The notes under the pieces were generated by a model, which searched no databases, was not told where the DNA came from, and saw nothing but the letters and a program-made list of their open reading frames with translations. Of a stretch of DNA of 64,000 nucleotides, positions 55,705 through 64,000 are shown piece after piece. The stretch is from Bacteroidota bacterium (GTDB lineage: Bacteria; Bacteroidota; Bacteroidia; Bacteroidales; JAIPAH01): positions 7,558 to 71,557 of the forward strand of contig JAASSU010000001.1 of assembly GCA_021767705.1 (NCBI GenBank), written 5' to 3'. Made by a program: the position numbers and the translations under genes. Numbering within the stretch: position 1 is the first letter of the stretch; each line of letters opens with the position of its first letter.

Positions 55705-57966
55705 ATGTCACACAAAAAACTTTGGATTGGATTTGGCCTGGTGGTAGGTTTATCGTTTGGAGTCCTTATTTATTATGGAGGTGAAATTTACAGGGAAAAG
55801 CCTCCGATTCCTTCAAAAGTAGTCACCAGCTCTGGTAAAACGTTATTTACTGGCCAGGAAATAAAAGATGGGATGAATGTCTGGCAATCAATTGGTGGAC
55901 AGGAGTTAGGTACAGTATGGGGGCATGGTGCTTATCAGGCTCCTGACTGGACTGCCCAGTATCTCCATAAGGAAGCAATATTTATATTAAACCACTGGGC
56001 ACAAATAGAGTATAATAAATCTTTTGAAGATCTTTCACCCGAACCTCAGGCAGCACTTAAAGCCAGGCTACAACAAGATATACGTAAAAACACTTACAAT
56101 TCGTCAACTGATGCTATCGTTATATCTGAGGAAAGAGCATTGGCTTATCAGCACCTTCATGAGTTTTATGAAAAACTTTTTATGGGAACTGAGGAATCAG
56201 GAGAATTTCATAAACTAAGAGATGCTTACAGCATTCCACCACAAACCATTAAAAGTGTGGATCGGCTGGAAAAAATGTCGGCTTTTTTCTTTTGGGCAAC
56301 ATGGGCTACCGTAACTGAGCGTCCTGGCAAAGAATATAGCTACAGTAACAATTGGCCTCCTGAAGAGCTGGTTGGCAATAAACCCACCAGTTCGCTTATT
56401 CTCTGGACAGGATTCAGCGTAATAGTGCTTCTTGCAGGCATTGGTTTGTTATCATGGTATTATGTGAGAAATCAAAAAGACGAATTCAATCATAATATCC
56501 CGGAAGTAAATCCCCTAACAGGGATGGAATTAACAGGCTCACAAAAAGCAACCCTAAAGTATTTTTGGGTTGTTTCGCTATTAATTCTGGTCCAGATATT
56601 AATGGGAATCATAACCGCACATTATGGTGTCGAGGGATTCGGATTTTATGGAATACCATTAGCTGAAATTCTTCCATACTCACTTTCTCGAACATGGCAT
56701 GTTCAACTGGCCATTTTTTGGATCGCCACTTCATGGCTGGCAACCGGGCTCTTTTTTGCACCGGCTATCGCTGGTAAAGAACCAAAATTTCAAAAATTTG
56801 GTGTAAATGTCCTCTTCATTGCTTTGCTGGTAATTGTTGTAGGCTCTTTAGCAGGACAGTGGTTCGGCATTATGCAAAAGCTCAATCTTGTTGATAACTT
56901 CTGGTTTGGTCATCAAGGTTATGAATACGTGGACCTTGGACGGTTTTGGCAAATCTTCCTGTTCGTTGGGTTATTTATTTGGCTATTCCTGATGGGTAGG
57001 GCTTTATCTCCAGCCTTGAAGGAAAAAGCAGAGAACAGAAATCTCTTGATTATGTTCCTTATTGCATCAATTGCAATAGCATTATTCTATGGTGCTGGAT
57101 TAATGTGGGGGCGTCAAACTCACCTGGCCATCGCCGAATATTGGAGATGGTGGGTTGTGCATCTTTGGGTTGAAGGATTTTTTGAGGTATTTGCTACTAC
57201 TGTTATTGCTTTTCTTTTCACCCGTATGAAATTACTTAATCCCCGCCTAGCTACAGGAGCGGTTCTTTTTGCAACAATCATTTTCCTTTCAGGGGGGATC
57301 ATTGGAACCTTTCACCACTTGTATTTTGCAGGTACGCCTGTCGGGGTGCTTGCTTTAGGAGCAACCTTTAGTGCTCTCGAAGTTGTTCCATTGGTGCTTA
57401 TCGGATATGAAGCTTACCACAATTTGAAACTAACAGAGTTGCAACCATGGGTGAAAGCCTATAAATGGCCTATTTACTCTTTTGTTGCTGTAGCCTTCTG
57501 GAATTTCCTTGGCGCCGGAATTTTCGGATTCCTCATTAATCCACCCATTGCATTGTACTATATGCAAGGCCTCAATACTACGCCCGTACACGGACATACA
57601 GCGCTCTTCGGGGTATATGGAATGTTGGGTATTGGCTTGATGTTATTTGTATTGCGAGACATGAGTCTCAATAAAAAATGGAAAGAAAAACCAATCCGTT
57701 TTGCATTTTGGGCTATAAACATTGGGCTTCTGGCGATGGTACTCTTCAGTGTTCTTCCAATAGGTTTGGCTCAAACCTGGGTTAGCGTTAAGGAAGGGCT
57801 CTGGTATGCCCGATCGGCTGAATTCATGCAATTACCGTGGATGCAAACTTTGAAATGGTTAAGAGTCATTGGTGACACTATCTTTGCAGCAGGAGCGCTA
57901 GTGCTTGTCTATTTTGTTTTTGGACTTAAGTTTGGGTGGTCGATCGAAAGCAGCAAAAAGTTATAG
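55705..57966 (+). CDS. norB: Quinol-dependent nitric oxide reductase, single-subunit (qNor/NorZ type)
   Basis: 753 aa. It has an N-terminal TM helix, a roughly 200-aa periplasmic extension without CxxCH, and then a 12-TM heme-copper-oxidase-like core with conserved His (HYGVEG, WVVHLWVEG, HHLYF, HGHTALFG). Confidence 0.9.
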   Translation: MSHKKLWIGFGLVVGLSFGVLIYYGGEIYREKPPIPSKVVTSSGKTLFTGQEIKDGMNVWQSIGGQELGTVWGHGAYQAPDWTAQYLHKEAIFILNHWAQIEYNKSFEDLSPEPQAALKARLQQDIRKNTYNSSTDAIVISEERALAYQHLHEFYEKLFMGTEESGEFHKLRDAYSIPPQTIKSVDRLEKMSAFFFWATWATVTERPGKEYSYSNNWPPEELVGNKPTSSLILWTGFSVIVLLAGIGLLSWYYVRNQKDEFNHNIPEVNPLTGMELTGSQKATLKYFWVVSLLILVQILMGIITAHYGVEGFGFYGIPLAEILPYSLSRTWHVQLAIFWIATSWLATGLFFAPAIAGKEPKFQKFGVNVLFIALLVIVVGSLAGQWFGIMQKLNLVDNFWFGHQGYEYVDLGRFWQIFLFVGLFIWLFLMGRALSPALKEKAENRNLLIMFLIASIAIALFYGAGLMWGRQTHLAIAEYWRWWVVHLWVEGFFEVFATTVIAFLFTRMKLLNPRLATGAVLFATIIFLSGGIIGTFHHLYFAGTPVGVLALGATFSALEVVPLVLIGYEAYHNLKLTELQPWVKAYKWPIYSFVAVAFWNFLGAGIFGFLINPPIALYYMQGLNTTPVHGHTALFGVYGMLGIGLMLFVLRDMSLNKKWKEKPIRFAFWAINIGLLAMVLFSVLPIGLAQTWVSVKEGLWYARSAEFMQLPWMQTLKWLRVIGDTIFAAGALVLVYFVFGLKFGWSIESSKKL

Positions 57967-57994
57967 TAAAGTCTATTAAGCAGATTAGCAAGTA

Positions 57995-58037
57995 GGGGTC
58001 AAAGCGTAACCAATTCGCTTTGACCTCCTGTTTTTTT
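57995..58037 (+). terminator. Rho-independent terminator after norB
   Basis: Perfect 10-bp stem of GGTCAAAGCG and CGCTTTGACC with a 9-nt loop, followed by TCCTGTTTTTTT. Confidence 0.8.
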
Positions 58038-58195
58038 AAGAAACAACCTAACTGAATAAAGCACTCCGCAATGAAAAAACATGGCTCTTTTCTATTTATT
58101 GGTTAATTCTTGTCTTTTTTATCAGCCTAAATTCTTTAATGCAATTGATAGACATTGTCAACTCAAACCTGAATCTGCATATATCGACAATTTGC

Positions 58196-58203
58196 TACTT
58201 TTG
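58196..58203 (+). promoter_or_regulatory. -7 box TAnnTTTG immediately before the men operon
   Basis: TACTTTTG ends 4 nt before the ATG at 58208. This implies a leaderless or very short-leader transcript, or else a more distant true promoter. Confidence 0.3.
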
Positions 58204-58207
58204 TAGG

Positions 58208-58648
58208 ATGGAGGATAAGCTATACTTTACGCTGAAAGATTTTAACTCGATGAGCAAGTCAACGCTCATCGAGAATCTGGGGATTGTCTTTACGGATTTG
58301 AGTCCGGAGTTTCTGAAAGCGGAGATGCCGGTGAACGATAAAACCATTCAGCCTTTTAAAATCCTGCATGGCGGGGCCAACCTCGCCCTCGCCGAAACCG
58401 TTGGGGGAGCTTTGTCGGCGATGGTGATGAATCCGGAAGCGTATTCTGTAAAAGGGATGGAGATCAATGCCAACCACGTCCGCAGCGTGCCTCACGGAAA
58501 TAAAGTAATTGCCACAGCTACCTTCCTTCACCGCGGAAAAAACAGCCATATCGTTCAGATTGCTATCCGCGATGATGAAGGCAACCTCGTGTCGATCTGC
58601 CGCCTGACCAACTTTATTCAACGTAAAGAGGACGCGCAGGATGCTTGA
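58208..58648 (+). CDS. PaaI/hotdog-fold thioesterase (likely 1,4-dihydroxy-2-naphthoyl-CoA hydrolase)
   Basis: Hotdog motif is ILHGGANLALAETVGG. It is the first gene of a men cluster and overlaps menF by 8 nt. Confidence 0.7.
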   Translation: MEDKLYFTLKDFNSMSKSTLIENLGIVFTDLSPEFLKAEMPVNDKTIQPFKILHGGANLALAETVGGALSAMVMNPEAYSVKGMEINANHVRSVPHGNKVIATATFLHRGKNSHIVQIAIRDDEGNLVSICRLTNFIQRKEDAQDA

Positions 58649-59705
58649 AAAGTTGATTCAATACGGACTCGTGAAGAACATGGCCTTTGCATTTTGGCGC
58701 TATCCCGGAAAGGATATTAAAGGAATTTTTTCGGATGAGGCACTGCCTGTGGAAAAGAATGGATTTCCAGAGAAAAAGGGCTTTTTCATCGCTCCTTTTT
58801 CAGATGAAGAAAATGGATTTCTGATTCCCGGAGACTTAAACTACGCACAAATTCAGAGCCTGGGCCAGCTTGGGCACTTCAAAAAACATCCCGATAAGGG
58901 AAGTGCCTTTCCTGATATCACCGACAAAGGGGGGTATTTTCAAGCGTTTAGAAAGATAAAATCAGGTATTGACCGCAATTTAACGAAGAAGGTGGTGCTC
59001 TCAAGGACACGCGAGACTAAAGAGATTCACCGTGGAAATGCAGGAAGTATGTTCTTGGCCCTTGAGAAAGCTTACCCTTCGGCCATGGCCTATGTTTTTA
59101 ATGTTCCGCAAAAAGGTGCCTGGATGGGCGCTACCCCTGAAATCCTTCTGTCGCGCCAGGGAGATTTTTATGAAACGGTTGCCGTTGCCGGAACGCGTTC
59201 AGCGAAAAGCAAAGAAAACTGGACGGAGAAAGAAATTCATGAGCAGGAATTGGTTTCTGAATTTATTGAAGATGTTTTGAGCAAAAACGGGGTGCGCGAT
59301 TACCATCGGGAAGGTCCGGGGGATTACCGGGCCGGAAATGTTATTCACCTTAAAACAACTTTCCGGATTCCTGCCGGAAGTCAGGGGTGGAACCCTTTCA
59401 GGCTGGCCTCTGATTTGCATCCCACGCCGGCAGTATGCGGCATTCCGCGAGAAACAGCCAAATCGCTCATCCGGGAAACCGAAAAGCATGACCGGGATTT
59501 TTACAGCGGCTTTTTAGGGGAAGTGGATTTTGGGAAACAAGAAGTGAATCTTTTCGTAAACCTACGGTGTTTGCAGGTGTTTAACAACCGATCGGTTCTT
59601 TATGCCGGCGGCGGATTGACCAAAGGTTCTGAAGTGGAGAAAGAGTGGGAAGAAACGCAGGAGAAGACGCGTACCATACTAAATGTTGCAGAAAAGCTGA
59701 AATAA
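58641..59705 (+). CDS. menF: Isochorismate synthase
   Basis: Chorismate-binding domain motifs are HPTPAVCGIP, RDFYSGFLG and LYAGGGL. Confidence 0.85.
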   Translation: MLEKLIQYGLVKNMAFAFWRYPGKDIKGIFSDEALPVEKNGFPEKKGFFIAPFSDEENGFLIPGDLNYAQIQSLGQLGHFKKHPDKGSAFPDITDKGGYFQAFRKIKSGIDRNLTKKVVLSRTRETKEIHRGNAGSMFLALEKAYPSAMAYVFNVPQKGAWMGATPEILLSRQGDFYETVAVAGTRSAKSKENWTEKEIHEQELVSEFIEDVLSKNGVRDYHREGPGDYRAGNVIHLKTTFRIPAGSQGWNPFRLASDLHPTPAVCGIPRETAKSLIRETEKHDRDFYSGFLGEVDFGKQEVNLFVNLRCLQVFNNRSVLYAGGGLTKGSEVEKEWEETQEKTRTILNVAEKLK

Positions 59706-61384
59706 TGTATTCTGATAAAGAGATTGTAAACAGGCTGGTGGCGTTGTTAGCTGCTAAAGGAGTTCATCATGTGGTACTATCGCCGGGCTCGCGCAATGCG
59801 CCCCTGATAAAATCTTTGACTGCTCACCCCGAAATCCATTGCCACAGCATCGTAGATGAACGCTCTGCCGGGTATTATGCCCTTGGGATGAGCCTCGCGT
59901 TGCAAGCGCCGGTGGCCATTACCTGTACTTCAGGAACTGCCATGCTGAACTATGCCCCGGCCCTGTCAGAAGCGTTTTATCAGCGGGTGCCCCTGGTTGC
60001 CCTTACAGCCGATCGCCCGGGAGAATTGATTGACCAACGCGAAGGGCAGGCTATCAGGCAGCAGGCAGCCTATCACAATTTCATAAAATTTGAAGCGACC
60101 TTGCCACAGGAGCCGCTGGATGAAGACCTGCTGTGGCATGGCGAGCGGTTGATTGCTGAAGCTATCAACCAGGCGATAACTCCGGCTAAAGGGCCGGTAC
60201 ACCTGAATATCCCTCTCAGGGAACCGCTCTACGGTGAAAAAGCCAGCATAGGCACGGCTAAAAATATCGAGATGAATTTTGCGGAAAAGCAACTAAGCCG
60301 GGCCGAAATAATCAAGCTGGCAAAAGCATGGAGCAATACTCAAAAAGTGTTGATCCTTGCAGGAGTGCTTTCGCCGGATAAAGATCTTGAGAACTTGCTG
60401 TTAAAAGCTTCGGAACATCCCAACACCGTAGTGTTAACCGAACGCACCTCCAACCTCTTTCACCCGGATTTTCATCATTACATCGACCGCTCGTTAAACA
60501 CCATGCCCGCCAATGATGTGGAGGCCTATAAGCCTGATCTGCTGATAACGATAGGTACCGACGTGGTGTCGAAGCAAATAAAAGCTTTCCTGAGAAAGCA
60601 CAAACCCAAAGGCCACTGGCATATCGACGATGGCAAACAACACACCGACACTTACAAAAGCCTGACCCATGTGGTTCCGGTATCACCGTTGATTTTTCTT
60701 GAGTCGGTATTGCCTCACCTGGAACCAGGAATATCGGATTATTCTGATAAATGGAACGGACTGGAATCTTGTGGACAAAGGGTACATGAAGACTTTTTAA
60801 GCAATGAAGATTGGTCTGATTTGGTAGTGTTTAAAAGCCTGATGAAGGATATTCCGGCCCCGGGCACCTTGCATCTGGGGAACAGTACGCCGGTGCGTTA
60901 TGCGATGCTTTTTGCCCCGAAAAATGGGTTAAAGTATCTGGCCAACAGGGGCACCAGTGGTATTGACGGCATTGTTTCCACCGCTGCAGGATATGCCTCG
61001 CAATCCGATGAAATCAACACGGTTATCACCGGCGATGTGAGTTTTTATTACGACAGCAATGCCTTGTGGAATAAGAACCTCCCCAATAACCTTCGCATTG
61101 TGGTAATCAACAACCAGGGCGGAAGCATTTTCAGGATTATTCCCGGCCCGGCGTCCACAGGTCAAATGGAAGAATATTTTGAAACGAAGCAAACATTTGA
61201 GATAGAAAAAATGGCAGCCGTTTATGGGCTGAAATACTATTATTGTGATGAACAAACCCGGCTAAACGACGTTCTTAGAATAATTTACCAACCACACGAT
61301 AGTCCCGTGATTCTGGAAATAAAGACTCCCGGCGAAAAGAATGATGTGGTGCTTAAAGATTATTTCAAACAACTAAAAGGATAG
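59705..61384 (+). CDS. menD: 2-succinyl-5-enolpyruvyl-6-hydroxy-3-cyclohexene-1-carboxylate (SEPHCHC) synthase
   Basis: ThDP enzyme with SPGSRNAPL, VDERSAGYYALG, TADRP and GTSGIDG. ATG 59705 overlaps the menF stop (TAATG). Confidence 0.9.
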   Translation: MYSDKEIVNRLVALLAAKGVHHVVLSPGSRNAPLIKSLTAHPEIHCHSIVDERSAGYYALGMSLALQAPVAITCTSGTAMLNYAPALSEAFYQRVPLVALTADRPGELIDQREGQAIRQQAAYHNFIKFEATLPQEPLDEDLLWHGERLIAEAINQAITPAKGPVHLNIPLREPLYGEKASIGTAKNIEMNFAEKQLSRAEIIKLAKAWSNTQKVLILAGVLSPDKDLENLLLKASEHPNTVVLTERTSNLFHPDFHHYIDRSLNTMPANDVEAYKPDLLITIGTDVVSKQIKAFLRKHKPKGHWHIDDGKQHTDTYKSLTHVVPVSPLIFLESVLPHLEPGISDYSDKWNGLESCGQRVHEDFLSNEDWSDLVVFKSLMKDIPAPGTLHLGNSTPVRYAMLFAPKNGLKYLANRGTSGIDGIVSTAAGYASQSDEINTVITGDVSFYYDSNALWNKNLPNNLRIVVINNQGGSIFRIIPGPASTGQMEEYFETKQTFEIEKMAAVYGLKYYYCDEQTRLNDVLRIIYQPHDSPVILEIKTPGEKNDVVLKDYFKQLKG

Positions 61385-61387
61385 ATT

Positions 61388-62212
61388 ATGAGTGCAACAA
61401 GAGAATGGAAACAACTAAAGGAATATAAGGATATTCGATTTGAGTTTTTTGAAGGGATAGCTAAAATCACCATCAACCGTCCGGAGGTGCGCAATGCCTT
61501 CCGCCCCCAAACTGTCAACGAAATGATTGATGCAATGCACCATTGCCGCGAAAACAATGACATCAATGTGGTGGTTTTCACCGGCGAAGGGGACAAGGCA
61601 TTTTGCTCGGGGGGCGACCAGAACGTGAAAGGTAAGGGCGGATATATTGGCGAAGACAAGGTGCCACGTCTCAATGTATTGGATCTCCAGCGCATGATCC
61701 GCTCCCTACCCAAGCCGGTTATTGCGATGGTTAATGGTTACGCCATCGGTGGCGGACATGTGCTGCATGTGATGTGCGACCTTTCTATCGCTTCTGAGAA
61801 CGCCATTTTCGGACAAACCGGTCCCAAAGTGGGTAGCTTCGACGCCGGGTTCGGATCGTCTTACCTGGCACGTCACGTAGGGCAGAAAAAAGCGCGCGAA
61901 ATTTGGTTCCTGTGCCGTCAGTACTCTGCTAAGGAGGCCGAAGAAATGGGCATGGTCAACAAAGTAGTGCCGCTCGACCAGCTCGAAGATGAGGTGGTTG
62001 ACTGGTCGAAAACCATGATGCAACGCTCGCCCATGGCGCTGCGAATGATTAAGATGGGATTGAATGCCGAACTCGACGGGCAGGCAGGTATCCAGGAGCT
62101 GGCCGGAAATTCCACCCTGCTTTACTACCTGACCGAAGAAGCCCAGGAAGGAAAGAACGCATTTTTAGAAAAACGCGATCCCGACTTTCATAAGTATCCG
62201 AAATTCCCGTAG
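61388..62212 (+). CDS. menB: 1,4-dihydroxy-2-naphthoyl-CoA synthase
   Basis: Crotonase fold with [18 protein letters not shown] and [13 protein letters not shown]. Confidence 0.93.
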   Translation: MSATREWKQLKEYKDIRFEFFEGIAKITINRPEVRNAFRPQTVNEMIDAMHHCRENNDINVVVFTGEGDKAFCSGGDQNVKGKGGYIGEDKVPRLNVLDLQRMIRSLPKPVIAMVNGYAIGGGHVLHVMCDLSIASENAIFGQTGPKVGSFDAGFGSSYLARHVGQKKAREIWFLCRQYSAKEAEEMGMVNKVVPLDQLEDEVVDWSKTMMQRSPMALRMIKMGLNAELDGQAGIQELAGNSTLLYYLTEEAQEGKNAFLEKRDPDFHKYPKFP

Positions 62213-62314
62213 TGTTATTGATAAAACAAATTCAATAAGATACTGTTAATAATATCCCGTTAATGCACTGATATATTGTTTTAAAGGGATATTTATTAAT
62301 TTAGCGCTCGATTT

Positions 62315-63217
62315 ATGTCAAAGGTAAAAGATTGGATAGAAGCTTTCAGGCTGAGGACACTGCCGCTGTCTCTTTCGAGCATTGTGTTGGGGAGTTTTCT
62401 TGCCTTTTACAGTGGCACCTTTAGTTGGGCAGTTTTTATCCTGGCCATGCTGACTACTCTTTTTCTTCAGATTCTTTCGAACCTGGCCAATGATTACGGC
62501 GATTCAAAAAACGGTATAGACAATGAAACACGCGTGGGGCCGCAAAGGTCAGTACAGAGCGGTTTGATATCTGCAAAAGCGATGAAGGCCATGGTTATTA
62601 TTTTTTCCACGCTTGCGCTGATTTCCGGTTCAATTTTGGTTTATGTTGGCACACAAGGCGAGAATTTTCTCTACACTATCTTTTTCCTGATTCTCGGGCT
62701 AATCGCCGTGGCTTCGGCCATAAAATATACGGTAGGGAAAAATCCTTACGGTTACCGTGGACTGGGAGATCTGTTTGTGTTCGTCTTTTTCGGTCTGGTG
62801 GCCGTGGGGGGCACTTTTTACCTGCACACCAACACGCTGCCTTTAGACATTTTTCTTCCTGCCACTTCCGTGGGATTGCTTAGCGTGGGCGTTCTCAACC
62901 TTAACAATCTCCGCGATCAGGTAAGCGATAAAAACTCCGGAAAAAGAACGATGGTGGTGATTCTGGGAACCAAAAAAGCGAAAGTTTATCACATCGCACT
63001 GTTGTCGGGGGCCATTTTATCAGGAGTGATTTTTTCACTACTGCACTTCCATACACCGTTCCAGTTTCTTTATCTCATCACACTGCCCTTCCTCGCGCAA
63101 CACATCCAGGAAGTGATGCACAACACCATTCCAAAAGAGCTCGATCCCGAACTGAAACGCCTTGCGTTGACCACACTGGTTTTTGCCTTTACTTTTGGCA
63201 TCGGGATTCTTTTTTAA
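62315..63217 (+). CDS. menA: 1,4-dihydroxy-2-naphthoate polyprenyltransferase
   Basis: UbiA-family protein with about 9 TM, the Asp-rich motif NLANDYGDSKNGID and a second motif NNLRDQVSD. Confidence 0.9.
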   Translation: MSKVKDWIEAFRLRTLPLSLSSIVLGSFLAFYSGTFSWAVFILAMLTTLFLQILSNLANDYGDSKNGIDNETRVGPQRSVQSGLISAKAMKAMVIIFSTLALISGSILVYVGTQGENFLYTIFFLILGLIAVASAIKYTVGKNPYGYRGLGDLFVFVFFGLVAVGGTFYLHTNTLPLDIFLPATSVGLLSVGVLNLNNLRDQVSDKNSGKRTMVVILGTKKAKVYHIALLSGAILSGVIFSLLHFHTPFQFLYLITLPFLAQHIQEVMHNTIPKELDPELKRLALTTLVFAFTFGIGILF

Positions 63218-63401
63218 TGACCAATTGTAGCACGTTACTAGTGGCTTTTTTTACACTGATATCACCAAATTCCGTTTAGCTCTCCCGCTCAAAACCTCAA
63301 GTCATTGTTCTTGTAATTTTAAAACTAAAATAATTAATCAAAATAAGCTTATTTTTGTTTGCGATATACTACATAATGTGTAGTTTTGAACAAATGAAAA
63401 G

Positions 63402-64000
63402 ATGAGAAATAAATCTACATATAATTACATCGAAAAATACCTTGTTGAAATACAATCTAAAGGTCGGTATTCATTAACCCTGAGTGAATTAAAAGCTAAG
63501 TTTGAGATTTCTGAAAAAGCCATTCTTCAAAATATATTCAGGCTAAAAAACAAAAAGCAACTCGCTCAGGTTCGTAAGGAGTTTTATGTGATTATTCCTC
63601 CTCAATACATTGATCGTGGAATGATTCCTCCCATGCTTTTCATAAATGACATGATGAACTTTCTTAACAGAAAGTATTATGTTGGACTATTTTCTGCGGC
63701 TGCTTTGCATGGAGCCAGTCATCAACAACCAATGGAATTTCAGGTAATAACTCAAAAACCGGCCTTAAGGGACATTCATAATCCAAAACTTGCTGTCAGT
63801 TTCTTCACACAAAGTGAATGGAATCAGAACCATATAATTGATGTTAAAACGGAATCCGGATACGTAAAAGTCTCATCGGCAGAATTAACTGCTTTTGACA
63901 TGGTTCGATACCATAAAAGAACAGGTGGATTGAACAGAGTAATAACCATACTTGAAGATTTAAGTGAGGAAATAAAACCTGCACGTCTCTATAAAGTGGC
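63402..64000 (+). CDS. AbiEi-family (type IV toxin-antitoxin) antitoxin/transcriptional regulator, 3'-truncated by the window edge
   Basis: This ORF is not in the supplied track because it is open at the window end. It reads MRNKSTYNYIEKYLVEIQSKGRYSLTLSELKAKF...YYVGLFSAAALHGASHQQP...VKVSSAELTAFDMVRY, which matches the AbiEi_4-like pattern. Confidence 0.6.
   Translation, partial: MRNKSTYNYIEKYLVEIQSKGRYSLTLSELKAKFEISEKAILQNIFRLKNKKQLAQVRKEFYVIIPPQYIDRGMIPPMLFINDMMNFLNRKYYVGLFSAAALHGASHQQPMEFQVITQKPALRDIHNPKLAVSFFTQSEWNQNHIIDVKTESGYVKVSSAELTAFDMVRYHKRTGGLNRVITILEDLSEEIKPARLYKV

Noticed and set aside
1-64000. tRNA, rRNA, IS elements, integrases or CRISPR arrays
   Set aside because: I recognised none by eye. 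Intergenic spaces are mostly under 150 bp, and the larger ones (26623-26981, 36575-37152, 41332-41593) show no cloverleaf-like or terminal-inverted-repeat structure that I could identify.

Overview
This 64-kb chromosomal window looks like Bacteroidota: it has a T9SS C-terminal sorting domain, TAnnTTTG-type -7 promoter boxes, lipoproteins with acidic residues after the lipid Cys, and tight or overlapping gene junctions. It is densely coding, with about 60 genes, and I saw no IS element, CRISPR array, tRNA or rRNA by eye.

Layout:
- 1-9.4 kb: a sensor kinase and sigma-54 enhancer-binding response regulator, a decayed ParE-type toxin-antitoxin remnant, then a sigma-54-type promoter driving lactate permease, an FAD/Fe-S D-lactate dehydrogenase and an outer-membrane barrel.
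- 9.9-12.6 kb: a four-gene RiPP-like cluster. It has a secreted Lys-rich precursor with KCG(E/Q)GKCG repeats, a DUF692/MNIO enzyme, a DUF2063 partner and DoxX. This is the most interesting system in the window.
- 12.6-26.6 kb: Crp and TetR regulators, a class II cytochrome c-like protein with a VIT1 transporter, an MMPL / LolA-like / outer-membrane-barrel / DUF2141 export module, a membrane adenylate cyclase, a GT39 glycosyltransferase, a cupin and a split permease.
- 27-63 kb: a nitrate-respiration and nitrosative-stress supercluster.
  - It contains narK, an FNR-like regulator, narGHJI and a DHOD-like gene.
  - An insert follows with a T9SS beta-propeller protein, two lipoproteins and a decayed hemerythrin gene.
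  - A second, divergent nar operon is led by a membrane-anchored diheme cytochrome c (narC-like) and followed by a membrane-domain::P-loop NTPase fusion.
  - Next are nnrS-like, Rrf2, ytfE/RIC, a DUF438-PAS gene, mobA, quinol NO reductase, and a menaquinone operon (thioesterase-menF-menD-menB-menA).
- The window ends in a truncated AbiEi-type antitoxin gene.

The ytfE promoter and the mobA/norB intergenic region share a near-identical 24-bp palindrome, which is a candidate NO-responsive operator.

All functional calls rest on motif recognition in the translated ORFs. No database search was run.
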